NCBI RefSeq assembly: GCF_030013595.1
Contig: NZ_CP122768.1
Direction: 5' to 3' (one strand)
Length of the DNA: 64,000 bases
From: Escherichia coli
GTDB taxonomy: Bacteria > Pseudomonadota > Gammaproteobacteria > Enterobacterales > Enterobacteriaceae
The notes beneath the pieces were generated by a model. That model did no database searches. It worked only from the letters and a program-made list of their open reading frames with translations, and had not been told where the DNA came from. Shown piece by piece: positions 1 to 11,062 of the stretch (position 1 is the first letter of the stretch; every line of letters starts with the position of its first letter). A program made the position numbers and the translations under genes.

Positions 1-373
1 CACAGTCAACCACCATGCGAATACGCTCTTCATTACCGATATTGCCAGGGTTAATACGCAGACAATCGACGCCGTATTCCGCTACTTTCAGCGCAATGCG
101 ATAGTCGAAGTGGATGTCAGCCACCAGCGGCACGTTAACCTGCTGTTTGATGAGTTTGAACGCTTCTGCCGCGTCCATCGTCGGTACTGAGACACGGACG
201 ATATCAGCGCCAACGCGTTCCAGCGCCTTGATTTGATTGACCGTTGCTTCGACGTCTGTCGTACGCGTATTGGTCATGGACTGTACGGCGATGGGAGCAC
301 CATCGCCAATCGGCACATTCCCAACGTAAATACGTGTTGATTTTCTACGTTGAATTGGAGCCTGGTTATGCAT
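1..373 (-). CDS. ispG: 4-hydroxy-3-methylbut-2-enyl diphosphate synthase IspG, N-terminal ~124 codons (gene runs off window start)
   Basis: Reverse-strand translation reads [23 protein letters not shown]...[20 protein letters not shown], start codon near 371-373; recognised as E. coli IspG/GcpE N-terminus. Confidence 0.85.
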
Positions 374-399
374 GAAAAATCTCCCGCGTTACCCGTCTG

Positions 400-1413
400 T
401 TACTGCGCCGGTGATTGTTCGGCATTGAGGGTCAGACGCGCAACCTGGTTAGTTCTGATAAAACGACTCAGATCGACAGGTTTCCCTTGATACTGGATCT
501 GTACTGCGGCAGGCGCACCAATTTTCAGTTTGTACGGTGCCTGGCCGGTTAAGTTCAAATTACCGTCTTTACGCTGCATACCGCTAAACAATTTTTTACC
601 GGTAGCATCAGTGACCTCCAGCCAACAATCGGCAGTAAAGTTCATCACCAGCGCATTCGGATCAGCCACCGGCGTGGTCACGCCAGCCTGATCGGTTGGC
701 AACGGCGCAGCACCATCTGGCGTTGTTGTTGCCGTTGGTGCCGGGGTCGCGGCGGTATCAACATTTGCCTGCGAAGGCGAAACAACCGCATTCTGTTGCG
801 GATCAACAGCTGGTGCTGGGGCAGTTACGGCAGGTGTTTGCGTGTTGGTTGCGGTAGTATCCACAGACGCTGGCGGCGTGGACGTTGTAGCCGGGTCTGT
901 AGTTGTCGACGTATTTAACGGAACACTCTGCCCCTGCTCGCTATTACTGCTTAGTTCCGCCGAAGATTGATCGGCCATAGTGGTGATCTCTTCCTGCTGA
1001 GCCTTGTGGTCTTGCCACCACCAGGCACCGCTCAGGCCAATGACAACAAACAACACCAGCCAGGTGAAGGTCATCAGCCAGCCGTCGCGTTTTTTGCGGC
1101 GTTTACCGAGGGAAAAACTCTGCATCGGCGCAACTTTTGCAGCCCGTAGTGGAGCCTGCTTTTCCAGCCCTGGCAGCAGTTCTTCTTCTGGAATATGTAC
1201 CAGACGCGCATAAGAGCGGATATATCCGCGCAGGAATGTTGAAGCAAGATCGGCGGGTGCCTTATCTTCTTCAATGTCGCGTACCGTGGAAACCTTCAGG
1301 CAAAGTCGCTCGGCAACGGCCTGCTGACTAAGTCCTAGTTGTTCGCGAGCATTACGCAGGCGAGCGCCGGTAGTAAGTGCTTCATTTTGGTCGTGCGTGG
1401 CTTCAGTATTCAT
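400..1413 (-). CDS. rodZ: cytoskeleton protein RodZ (HTH, TM segment, Pro/Thr-rich linker)
   Basis: ORF track 337 aa; HTH motif [12 protein letters not shown], low-complexity T/P/A linker; position downstream of ispG as in E. coli. Confidence 0.92.
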   Translation of the reverse strand: MNTEATHDQNEALTTGARLRNAREQLGLSQQAVAERLCLKVSTVRDIEEDKAPADLASTFLRGYIRSYARLVHIPEEELLPGLEKQAPLRAAKVAPMQSFSLGKRRKKRDGWLMTFTWLVLFVVIGLSGAWWWQDHKAQQEEITTMADQSSAELSSNSEQGQSVPLNTSTTTDPATTSTPPASVDTTATNTQTPAVTAPAPAVDPQQNAVVSPSQANVDTAATPAPTATTTPDGAAPLPTDQAGVTTPVADPNALVMNFTADCWLEVTDATGKKLFSGMQRKDGNLNLTGQAPYKLKIGAPAAVQIQYQGKPVDLSRFIRTNQVARLTLNAEQSPAQ

Positions 1414-1697
1414 TCGCTGCAGGTACGTTTAAATGAGAATTGAGATGCCGGTGAACCATCATGCTCACCCACACCGCGAAACATCCGTTAAGTTAACCGT
1501 TATCATACAGTATAAGACCGTCTGTGTGCTCGTGACAAAGCCCACATTCACTAAGGCTAACTTACTGTTGCATCGTTACATACTGCCTTAAAGTCAGCAA
1601 AAACGCACCGTTAATATTGACCAGACAATTGCAACTTAATACTTCATTCATAAAAGATTACGCCACGGTACATAAAGTAACCGTGGCGTAATGGCTA

Positions 1698-2852
1698 TCA
1701 GACCGCTTTAATGTCGATGGCTTCACCCTGCATCCGTTTACGCAGAGTACGTTTCGTACGGTCGATAACATCGCCCGCCAACTGACCACAGGCAGCATCA
1801 ATGTCATCACCACGAGTTTTACGCACAATAGTGGTGAAACCGTAGCTCATCAGCACTTTTGAGAAACGGTCGATACGGCTGTTCGAACTGCGTCCATACG
1901 GCGCGCCCGGGAACGGGTTCCACGGGATCAGGTTGATCTTACACGGCGTATCTTTCAGCAGTTCCGCCAGTTGGTGCGCGTGTTCAGTGCCGTCGTTAAC
2001 GTGGTCAAGCATCACGTATTCAATAGTGACTCGGCCCTGATTGGCGTTGGATTTCTCCAGATAACGGCGCACCGCAGCAAGGAACGTTTCGATATTGTAC
2101 TTTTTGTTGATCGGCACAATTTCGTCACGAATTTCGTCGTTCGGCGCGTGCAGGGAAATTGCCAGTGCAACGTCGATCATATCGCCCAGTTTATCCAGCG
2201 CCGGAACTACACCGGAAGTGGAAAGCGTCACGCGACGTTTAGACAGGCCAAAACCGAAATCATCAAGCATGATTTCCATCGCCGGAACGACATTGTTCAG
2301 GTTGAGCAGCGGCTCGCCCATGCCCATCATCACTACGTTAGTGATTGGGCGCTGACCGGTGACTTTTGCTGCGCCGACGATTTTCGCTGCACGCCACACC
2401 TGGCCGATAATTTCCGATACCCGCAGGTTGCGGTTAAAGCCCTGCTGGGCGGTGGAACAGAATTTACACTCCAGCGCACACCCCACCTGCGAAGAGACGC
2501 AGAGCGTGGCACGGTCGTCTTCCGGGATATACACCGTTTCAACGCGCTGATCGCCAACGGCGATCGCCCATTTAATGGTGCCGTCAGATGAACGCTGTTC
2601 TTCAACCACTTCCGGTGCACGGATTTCCGCCACCTCTTTCAGTTTGCCGCGCAACACTTTATTGATGTCGGTCATCTCATCAAAGTTGTCGCAGCAATAG
2701 TGATACATCCACTTCATCACCTGATCGGCGCGGAAGGGTTTTTCACCTAAATCTTTAAAAAACTCCCGCATCTGCTGACGGTTGAGATCCAGCAGGTTGA
2801 TTTTTCCATCTTTCGTGGTGACGTTTTCAGGTGTGACTAATTGTTCAGACAT
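1698..2852 (-). CDS. rlmN: dual-specificity 23S rRNA/tRNA m2A methyltransferase RlmN (radical SAM)
   Basis: ORF track 384 aa; radical-SAM CxxxCxxC motif (CALECKFC); synteny. Confidence 0.93.
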
Positions 2853-3001
2853 ATGCTATTCCGGCCTCGTTATTACACGTTATGGCCCCTGGAGGGTTGA
2901 AAAAAGAAACGCCCCGGTGAGCGGCTGCTCGTCCGGGGGCGCTGCATTGTACAAATTCTGGCGCACGGATGCCACGTTTGCACGCGGCATTTACGAAATT
3001 A

Positions 3002-3433
3002 TTAACGGGTGCGCGGGCACACTTCGCCTTCGCCGAAGAAATAAGCGATTTCGCGAGCGGCAGATTCGACGGAATCAGAACCGTGGGTACCATTTTCGGT
3101 CAGGCTGTCAGCGTAATCAGCACGCAGAGTACCGGCCAGTGCGTTTGCCGGATTGGTCGCGCCCAGCAGATCGCGGTGACGCTGAACAGCATTTTCACCT
3201 TCCAGCACGGAAACCACGATCGGGCCAGAAGTCATGAATTCAACCAGGCCATCAAAGAACGGTTTTCCATCGTGTTCAGCATAAAAGCCACGAGCCTGTT
3301 CAACGGTCAGGTGCAGCATTTTGGTGCCGACAATTTTGAACCCTGCAGCTTCAAAGCGCGCAAAGATACTACCAATCACGTTTTTTGCTACCGCGTTCGG
3401 TTTGATGATGGAAAAAGTACGTTCAATAGCCAT
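3002..3433 (-). CDS. ndk: nucleoside diphosphate kinase
   Basis: ORF track 143 aa [15 protein letters not shown]...; canonical NDK sequence. Confidence 0.95.
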
Positions 3434-3581
3434 TTTTACCTCTGTAAATTGTTCTGTTGTTGTCTGTACCAGCGTACGAGATGGCGCGGATTATAATGAG
3501 CAACAGAGCCGTTGACTATTGATGAAGGTAACATTTTTTTAAAATAAACCTAGTTTAAGCAACAATCAGGGACAAAACAGA

Positions 3582-5894
3582 CTATTGCATGACAAATTTC
3601 ACTGTCGCGATTTGCCCCACCTCATCCATCACCAGCAATTGATAATCGCCTTTATCCATCAAATGCAGGGTCACGTTGTGCCCGCGTTCAGTTAACGGTT
3701 CGCCATTCAGAAACCACCAGCGTTCACCTGCCCCTCCACTTGATTGCAACGGCAAAGTCGCTTCCGCTGCGCCCGGTAAACGTTTAATAATCGCGCCATC
3801 GCGAACACCTGTCAGCTGCAGTGGGAGTTGTGCATCGTGACCGTATGGCGGGCAAATTGTCGAGGCCGGTGGTAAGCGCACAGCGCGGCGTTCTGATGCG
3901 GGCAACCAGGGTTCCAGCGGTAGCGGCCAGACATTTATCATTTCTTGTCGCGCCTGAGGGCAATCAGCGGCAACACGTTTACCGTTTTCATCCAGCCAGA
4001 TGGGGAAACGAATGCCATTAATGCCTTCCTGCTCCGGCAGTAATAGAGTTGGCGGCTGACTCCCGTCCAGCAGCCAGGTTGCCAGGCGGCGGCGACAGTT
4101 ACCGTCACCTTCCGGCAAAGACTGTCCGCCTGGCCAGCAGATAACGCCACGAGTGACTGAGTTCGGGCGCGGGTCTTCCGGCAGATTCGCACTGCGCGAC
4201 AGTAAGATATTATTGACCTGATTCAACAATGGTACGGCACTGGCAAAGCCAAACTGACCAACAACGGGCGTGCCGTCCGGTCTGCCAGTCCAGATCCCAA
4301 TAACATAGCGAGCGTTAACCCCAATCGCCCAGGCATCACGATAGCCATAGCTGGTGCCCGTTTTCCATGCCAGTGGGGCAACGCGCGGCAAGGCACCATC
4401 CGGCAAGGGTTGCGCTTCATCAGCCATAATCCGGCGAATGATCCACGCAGCCCCCGACGACATTAAAGGCCGTTCAAGCAGCGGATCGTCAGGCTGTAAG
4501 CGCAATTTACCTGCCTTGCCGTGGCGAGCAAACGCGGTATAGGCCGCCGCCATATCCCCCAGTTTTGCACCAGCGCCGCCGAGAATGAGCGAAAGATTCG
4601 GTGCAGCACCGTTGGGCAAATATAACGGCAATCCAACATTGCGTAACTTTGCAGCAAACCGTTTCGGCCCATAGGCTTCCAGCACCTGCACAGCTGGTAA
4701 ATTCAGCGAGCGCACCAGCGCCTCGCTCATGCTGATCGGGCCATGAAAACCGCTATCAAAGTTACCTGGTCGATAATCACCGGTGCGCCGGGGGACGTCT
4801 TGCAGCAGTGATGCCGGGTGGATCAATCCTTCATCCAGCGCCAGAGCGTAAACAAACGGTTTGAGCACCGATCCTGGCGATCGGATCGCATTGACCATAT
4901 CAACATGACCAAAGCGTGAATCATCGTTGAGATCAACCGAACCCACCCAGCCGCGAACACGCATATCGGTATGATCAACCACGATCATCGCCAGTGAGCT
5001 GCGCGGTGGTAATCGTCCTTTCCAGTTTTGCGCCAGTTCTTCCAGACGTCGTTGAAGACCGGCATCCAGCGTCGTAACGATTTTGTCGCTTTTGCTTTTA
5101 CCGAGCATCATGCGCGAAAACAGCGGTGCCAGTTGCGGCATTTGTCGGGGTGCCAGCCAGATGGGTTCTTCCCTTGACTCTTTTACCTGCTCACGGGACC
5201 ACACACCTTGCGCAGCCATCCGTTCGAGCACTTTATTACGCGCGGCTTCGGCACGCTCCGGCCAACGATCCGGGCGAAGACGGCTGGGCGCTTGCGGTAA
5301 CACCGCCAGCATTGCCGCCTCGGAATAGCTCAAATTTGCAGGCGACTTCCCGAGATAAGCCCAGCTTGCCGCACCGATCCCCTGTAACGTACCGCCAAAC
5401 GGGGCGCGGTCAAGATACAAGGTCAGAATTTCACGCTTAGACAGATGCCACTCCAGTTGCAACGCGCGCCAGAGCTGGCGAATTTTGCCGCCAAATGTTT
5501 TGGGGTGAGGATCAAGCAAACGAGCAACCTGCATAGTGAGCGTGCTGCCACCGGAAATAACCCTTCCCGAAGTGAGATCTTGCCATGCTGCGCGCGCCAC
5601 CGAGAATGGATTCACCCCCGGATGCTTCCAGAACCAGCGATCTTCATAATTGATCAGCGCTTCAAGGTAACGTGGAGAAACATCTTCGATTGTTACCGGA
5701 TAACGCCAGATGCCTTCCGCATCGGCAAAGCGCCAGAGCGGCGTCCCATCCTGCGCCACAACCACTCGTGCGGGATTGACTTCATGCAGCGGTAGAGGCC
5801 AGAGTTTATCTGCTCCCCACGCTGCAAGAAAAAGGAGAAATGGCGCAGCTGCCAGCGTTATCCAGCAGCCGCGTTTGGTTAACAAGCGAGGCAT
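3582..5894 (-). CDS. pbpC: penicillin-binding protein 1C (peptidoglycan glycosyltransferase)
   Basis: ORF track 770 aa; start codon immediately follows yfhM stop (TAA-ATG adjacency at 5892-5897). Confidence 0.92.
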   Translation of the reverse strand: MPRLLTKRGCWITLAAAPFLLFLAAWGADKLWPLPLHEVNPARVVVAQDGTPLWRFADAEGIWRYPVTIEDVSPRYLEALINYEDRWFWKHPGVNPFSVARAAWQDLTSGRVISGGSTLTMQVARLLDPHPKTFGGKIRQLWRALQLEWHLSKREILTLYLDRAPFGGTLQGIGAASWAYLGKSPANLSYSEAAMLAVLPQAPSRLRPDRWPERAEAARNKVLERMAAQGVWSREQVKESREEPIWLAPRQMPQLAPLFSRMMLGKSKSDKIVTTLDAGLQRRLEELAQNWKGRLPPRSSLAMIVVDHTDMRVRGWVGSVDLNDDSRFGHVDMVNAIRSPGSVLKPFVYALALDEGLIHPASLLQDVPRRTGDYRPGNFDSGFHGPISMSEALVRSLNLPAVQVLEAYGPKRFAAKLRNVGLPLYLPNGAAPNLSLILGGAGAKLGDMAAAYTAFARHGKAGKLRLQPDDPLLERPLMSSGAAWIIRRIMADEAQPLPDGALPRVAPLAWKTGTSYGYRDAWAIGVNARYVIGIWTGRPDGTPVVGQFGFASAVPLLNQVNNILLSRSANLPEDPRPNSVTRGVICWPGGQSLPEGDGNCRRRLATWLLDGSQPPTLLLPEQEGINGIRFPIWLDENGKRVAADCPQARQEMINVWPLPLEPWLPASERRAVRLPPASTICPPYGHDAQLPLQLTGVRDGAIIKRLPGAAEATLPLQSSGGAGERWWFLNGEPLTERGHNVTLHLMDKGDYQLLVMDEVGQIATVKFVMQ

Positions 5895-8800
5895 TTACGG
5901 TCTGACAATCAGCAAATCTTCAGCCGCGCCGGTCGCCCGCCATTGGGGAACATACATTGATTCCACCATCGGTTGCGGTACCTGATACGTTCCCGGCGTC
6001 ACCGCCCGCGCCAGATACACCAGCGTTACCGGTTGGTATTCATCAACGGCAACCGCCGCCACAAAGCGATCATCACGGAACTCAATGTGCTTAATGCTCG
6101 CCTGCTGCATCTGGTTCAGTAAGTTTTGCACTTCGCCACCACTTTGCTCCAGGCTGGCGCTACCGTTCGCCAGATTCTGGTTTTCCAGTTCCAGACCCGC
6201 AGGCAGCAGATCCACGACTAACGCATCCGGCACGCTGTTACTGGCTTTTACCTGCAACCAGACCAGCACCAGATCGCCGCTACGTAACGAGTCCAGCGAT
6301 TTACTCTTACCATCAGTACCAAGAATATGACGCTCGATTTGCAGCACATTGTTCGCCGGTAAAGGTGCGGATTGCGGATAACCGCTGGCATCCACACGCA
6401 GCCATAACGGCTGATCGCCACTGTTGGTCGCCTGCAAGGTGGCAAGTTGATCGCTATTCAGATTGCTGTTTAGCGTTTTCTCGCCTGTCAGCGGCTCAGC
6501 TGAGAAAGAGGTTTGCGCCTGCCATTTACCCGGTAAATCCTGAATCGTACGGGCAGCCAGGAACAACGCGTTGCTTTCCTGGGTCGATAGCCAGCGTTCA
6601 CCAAATGCCTGCTGCGAAAGCGTGTTCAGCAAAGTGTTCTGCTCATCGGGTAGCAGTTTATTTTCTTCCAGCAAGGAGAGCATCAACGCGTTGTCGCGCA
6701 GTGGACTACCGTAATCACCCAGCCATATCCGCTCATCACTATTACGCGGCGTTTTCAGCGCCAACGCAATTGCTTCTTCACCACGCGTCGCATCACCCAT
6801 GGTTTTCAGCGCAACGCCAAGTTGCAGCAGCGGTAAACCAGAAGCGGCATCTGCACGATGCTCCCAGATTTCACGCAGCGCACCCAGTGGAGCTTTTTGC
6901 TGACGGGCCAGCACCAGCGCAGCGTAAGACTGTACGGCGAATTTACTGGCTTTGAGATTATCCGCGTACGGGATCGACATCATGCCCGGATCTTGTAAAT
7001 AGCGCAGCAGACGCTCATTTCCCCGGTTAATGACGTCTGTCGGCACGCTGTACCCCTGCTCACCTGCGCGGACCAGGAAATCCATCACGTAAGCCGTCAG
7101 CCAGTACTCTTCGTCACCGTTTTTATCCCACAGCGCAAAGCCGCCGTTATCACGTTGCATTTGCAGCAAACGGGAAACGCCGATATCGACCGATGCACGG
7201 CGTTTCTCATCACTGTCGCCTTTGATGCCCAACGCCTGCAGTTGGGCTGCGTTGGTATAAAGTGACGGGAACAGGCCGCTGGCGGTTTGCTCAAGACACC
7301 CGTACGGATACGCTTTTAACTCTTTGATATAACGTGCGATGTTCAGCGGTGGTTTGCCGCTCAACAACAATTGCCCTTCCAGCGTAACAGGTGAGAAGTT
7401 TTGCAATCCATCCGCCGGAATCGCCCATGTCTCACCAGGCTGTAACGCCGTACCGTAATTAACCGTTTGTGCCGGGAACGCCGGACGGACGCCGATTTTC
7501 CACTGCTTATGCTGATCGGCAACGGTTTCACCCGGTAACGCTAACCCGCTAATGGTGGCCTGAATTTCTCCATCGCCATAACCCGGCAATGCTCGCACCG
7601 GGATAAACAGCGTAGTACGCACACCTGGCGCTAATTCAACGGCTGCGGGTGAAACGCTGACCAGTTCAAGCAAACCACTGGCGGTCAGGGCAACGTTCAG
7701 TTTTTGCGGTTTATCGGTAAGATTAGTGATATCCAGCGTCAGACGCGAGGTATCGCCACTCGCCATAAAGCGCGGCATGTTCAGTTCAGCAATCACAGGT
7801 GCGGCAACTATCACTTTGCTTTCGTTGCTACCGAAGTCATCTACCGTCCAGGCTTGCGCCATGACGCGCAATTCACCGTTAAAATCGCCAATCGGCAGTG
7901 TAACCGAGCCTTCGCCCTGTTCGTTGAGCGTTACCGGCAGCGCCTGCTGCGCGACAATATTGACGTGATTGACCGGCGGTTTACCACCACGTTTCAGCTC
8001 ATCACCATCGCCACCAAAACGCAGAGCTGCCAGACGCCCCTGACCTTCAATGACCTGACCGTAAATATCGTAAATGTCTGCACCATAGCGTTTCTGACCA
8101 AAGAACGCCTGCCACGGATCGGGGGTAACGTAATCAGTAATATTCAGCACACCGCTATCAACGGCAGACACCAGCACATTCACCTGTTTTGGCATCTCAC
8201 CATTTTTATTGCTGGCTTTAATTTTCACGGTTAATGGCTGATTGGGGCGCATTTTGGTGGGGGTTTCCAGCGCCAGATCGAGACGACGGTTTTCATCGCC
8301 AAGCGGCAGATGCAACACCCCAACTGCGCGTTTTGGCGTCGCAGAGCGAGATTTATCGCCAGGACGTACCACCAGCGTACTTAAATACAAATCATGACGA
8401 TTCCAGGTTTTATCGACCGGAATCGTCAGATCCAGCCCTTGAGCCGGAACATCAATCTCTTGCCACCACAGCGGCCCTTCACTGGACTCGACCATCGCAT
8501 AACCTTTACCCGCCGTTGGCGCGGCAATATGCAACTTAATGGTATCACCAGGGCGATAACTGGCTTTATCCAGTTTCAGCGTGACACGGTCGGGTCGCAC
8601 GGCACCGCTCCCGTCGCTGTTGTCCTGCCAGCTATAGCCAGCCCAGAAACGCACACTACTGACCGCTTCATTCGGCGCTTTGACTTCCAGACGATAAGCG
8701 CCCCACTCTACCGGGAAACTGACTTTACCGGTTTCATCTGCCTGAAGATCCAGAGTTTGTTCATTTTCAATCAGATCTTTTTGATCAAACTGTGACTGCC

Positions 8801-10856
8801 AGCCTTCATCTTCTGACCAGTTCCAGTAGTAATCGCGGCGTTCGCGAATCAGGCGCACCTGCAAGCCCGACACGGCTTTTTTCACGCCTTGCGCATCGCT
8901 ATAAACGATGTCAAAAGCGGCGTTACTGCCTTCATCAACAATGGGCTGTTTCACCGTGCTGTCAGTGCGATAATCGTAAACCGATTTCGAGGCGAACTGC
9001 GGACGGATCCCCGGCAATGCATCGGCAGGCCAGATAGCCTGCTCAGCGCGGCGCGTCACCGGGCGACCGCCCGATTCCAACAAACTACCCTGGAAAATAA
9101 CCTGTAATGGGGAATGCGTTTCCTTCCACTGGCTTTCTGTAGAAACTTCGCCACGCCCTTTATCATCCAGCGTCAACTGAACTTCATCCAGCGTGCGGGA
9201 AAGATTTTCGGCAGCTATATCGCCGAATTCGAAACCAGGTAAGGCTGACACAGCTTCACGCAGTGGGCGCAGGAAAAGTTGCCCTTGCAAAGTATTACCA
9301 TTAGCAGGCGCACCATACAGGTAGTACCCCACCACGGAAAATCTCACTTCATCTTTCGGCGTTAGCGGGGTTTTCTCACCAGTCAGATTCAGCGCCATGC
9401 GCTCTGGCATAAAATCTTCGACGTGGAAATCCCACATCCGGTACTGGTTATCGCCCGTGTTAGCACGAATATGCCACATACCGGTTGCCGCATTGCTATC
9501 GAGTGGCCAGGTAAAGTGGTAGAGGCCATTCTCCGGCTGACTAACGACGCTCCTGAGTACCTGCCCGTCGGGTTTAATCACGTCTAACTTGATGGGTTGA
9601 TCGGGCAATGCTTTTCCATCTGCATCACGCAATAAACCATTGAGGATGACTGTTTCACCAGGGCGATAAAGATCGCGCGGGCCAAACATGAAAAACTGTT
9701 TGCTATAGCCTGGCGCGCCAGCAATGTTAAATTCTGCTAAGTCCAGCGCCGGAAGTTTTAAATCGAGTAGCGTTGTCTGACCGTCTTTACGCGCCAGCAG
9801 TAATGCCGCGTTTTTATCATTTTCCAGCTGCACATGCCCCTGAGCATCACTGGTTGCCTGAGTCAGAGTCTGCCCTTTCTCATTTAATAAAGAGACTTCT
9901 ATTCCTTGCTGGGCCGCGCCGTTTTCCAGACTTTGGGTAAAGATATCCAGACGATTGTGATAACGGTGAGCTGAAACGCCGATATCACTTAACGTAAACA
10001 GCGTCGCGGGATTACTGTAATCGTAACGTCCAGCCTGATTCATCACAGCCAGATACACGCCTGCCTGCTGAAGCGGTTTGATATCACCCAGCGGCAGCAA
10101 TAATTTTTCACGGGTGTTACGCGCAGGATTGAGATCAAACCGTCCGGTATAAACCAGATCCGCCATCTGCAGCAGTTTTTCAGACTGCCAGTTCGCCAGC
10201 GAATTGCGGTATTCCCATTGGCTAATGAATGCAGGCAGAGATTCGGGCTTCACACGGAAGAAGTTAACATCAACATTGTTAACGTTGAGCGCCATTACCG
10301 GCAGCCCTTCAATAACTTTACCAGGTAACAACGAACCACGGCTGGCAAAACCGACGCTGGGTTGGATATCGCGGGTAGTTATAGTTTTTTCGTAATCTTT
10401 ACTGAAGGTTGCGTTGTTGAGTGCTTTGACCTCCTTGCCAATAGTGACGATCAAATCACGTTTCGGTTCGAGGTGGCGTAAACGCAACTCTTTAAGATTA
10501 TCTGACAGCTCCCAGGCACCATCCACTTTGCCGCTTTTCTTATCGACGACATGGATAACGCGTGAGAAATCCTGATCCGGGTCGAGAGGGATGGAGAATG
10601 TCAGCACCAGCGTGGCTGCGCCATCAAGTTGAACTTCAGAGAGATCCAGCAATGTCAGCGCCTTACCGGCACTCTGTTGGGCCAGTTTTTGTCGCTCCGG
10701 CGCGGAAAGTTTTGCTGAACTCACGTTTTCTGAAGAGGCCGCTTTAGTAACTTCAGAAGGCGCATCTTTTTTCACCGCTGTTGGCGCGTTATCGTTGTTG
10801 TCGCACCCTGCCAGCGCCAGCATTAGCATGCAGGCGGCTACGCGTAACTTTTTCAT
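5895..10856 (-). CDS. yfhM: alpha-2-macroglobulin family lipoprotein YfhM (ECAM)
   Basis: ORF track 1653 aa; lipoprotein signal MKKLRVAACMLMLALAGC; thioester motif CLEQ present; cotranscribed with pbpC. Confidence 0.92.
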   Translation of the reverse strand: MKKLRVAACMLMLALAGCDNNDNAPTAVKKDAPSEVTKAASSENVSSAKLSAPERQKLAQQSAGKALTLLDLSEVQLDGAATLVLTFSIPLDPDQDFSRVIHVVDKKSGKVDGAWELSDNLKELRLRHLEPKRDLIVTIGKEVKALNNATFSKDYEKTITTRDIQPSVGFASRGSLLPGKVIEGLPVMALNVNNVDVNFFRVKPESLPAFISQWEYRNSLANWQSEKLLQMADLVYTGRFDLNPARNTREKLLLPLGDIKPLQQAGVYLAVMNQAGRYDYSNPATLFTLSDIGVSAHRYHNRLDIFTQSLENGAAQQGIEVSLLNEKGQTLTQATSDAQGHVQLENDKNAALLLARKDGQTTLLDLKLPALDLAEFNIAGAPGYSKQFFMFGPRDLYRPGETVILNGLLRDADGKALPDQPIKLDVIKPDGQVLRSVVSQPENGLYHFTWPLDSNAATGMWHIRANTGDNQYRMWDFHVEDFMPERMALNLTGEKTPLTPKDEVRFSVVGYYLYGAPANGNTLQGQLFLRPLREAVSALPGFEFGDIAAENLSRTLDEVQLTLDDKGRGEVSTESQWKETHSPLQVIFQGSLLESGGRPVTRRAEQAIWPADALPGIRPQFASKSVYDYRTDSTVKQPIVDEGSNAAFDIVYSDAQGVKKAVSGLQVRLIRERRDYYWNWSEDEGWQSQFDQKDLIENEQTLDLQADETGKVSFPVEWGAYRLEVKAPNEAVSSVRFWAGYSWQDNSDGSGAVRPDRVTLKLDKASYRPGDTIKLHIAAPTAGKGYAMVESSEGPLWWQEIDVPAQGLDLTIPVDKTWNRHDLYLSTLVVRPGDKSRSATPKRAVGVLHLPLGDENRRLDLALETPTKMRPNQPLTVKIKASNKNGEMPKQVNVLVSAVDSGVLNITDYVTPDPWQAFFGQKRYGADIYDIYGQVIEGQGRLAALRFGGDGDELKRGGKPPVNHVNIVAQQALPVTLNEQGEGSVTLPIGDFNGELRVMAQAWTVDDFGSNESKVIVAAPVIAELNMPRFMASGDTSRLTLDITNLTDKPQKLNVALTASGLLELVSVSPAAVELAPGVRTTLFIPVRALPGYGDGEIQATISGLALPGETVADQHKQWKIGVRPAFPAQTVNYGTALQPGETWAIPADGLQNFSPVTLEGQLLLSGKPPLNIARYIKELKAYPYGCLEQTASGLFPSLYTNAAQLQALGIKGDSDEKRRASVDIGVSRLLQMQRDNGGFALWDKNGDEEYWLTAYVMDFLVRAGEQGYSVPTDVINRGNERLLRYLQDPGMMSIPYADNLKASKFAVQSYAALVLARQQKAPLGALREIWEHRADAASGLPLLQLGVALKTMGDATRGEEAIALALKTPRNSDERIWLGDYGSPLRDNALMLSLLEENKLLPDEQNTLLNTLSQQAFGERWLSTQESNALFLAARTIQDLPGKWQAQTSFSAEPLTGEKTLNSNLNSDQLATLQATNSGDQPLWLRVDASGYPQSAPLPANNVLQIERHILGTDGKSKSLDSLRSGDLVLVWLQVKASNSVPDALVVDLLPAGLELENQNLANGSASLEQSGGEVQNLLNQMQQASIKHIEFRDDRFVAAVAVDEYQPVTLVYLARAVTPGTYQVPQPMVESMYVPQWRATGAAEDLLIVRP

Positions 10857-11062
10857 TTTTCATCCCTGCCACAATGGCCCGTTAGCAACGTCGAATAATT
10901 ATTATGCGTGAGAATTTACGTTATGTAATTCAGTATCACGCCCATACAATCCGAATTTTAGTGAGAATTGTGGCTCAGACAGCCAAATCAGTCTCTTTTG
11001 CTTGTCGCTTTTCACTAAACATCCGACAATTTAGCCTAACCCCGGCAAAAATGGAGATGCCT

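Noticed and set aside
1971-2591. Many ORF-track entries of 60-230 aa lying antisense or out of frame inside large conserved genes (e.g. 1971-2591, 6365-6955, 7704-8234, 14080-14763, 41265-42173, 46230-46907, 55632-56261, 61439-62437)
   Set aside because: Each is fully embedded in a well-supported core gene on the other strand or frame, with low-complexity Arg/Ala/Gly-rich translations typical of GC-rich antisense frames.
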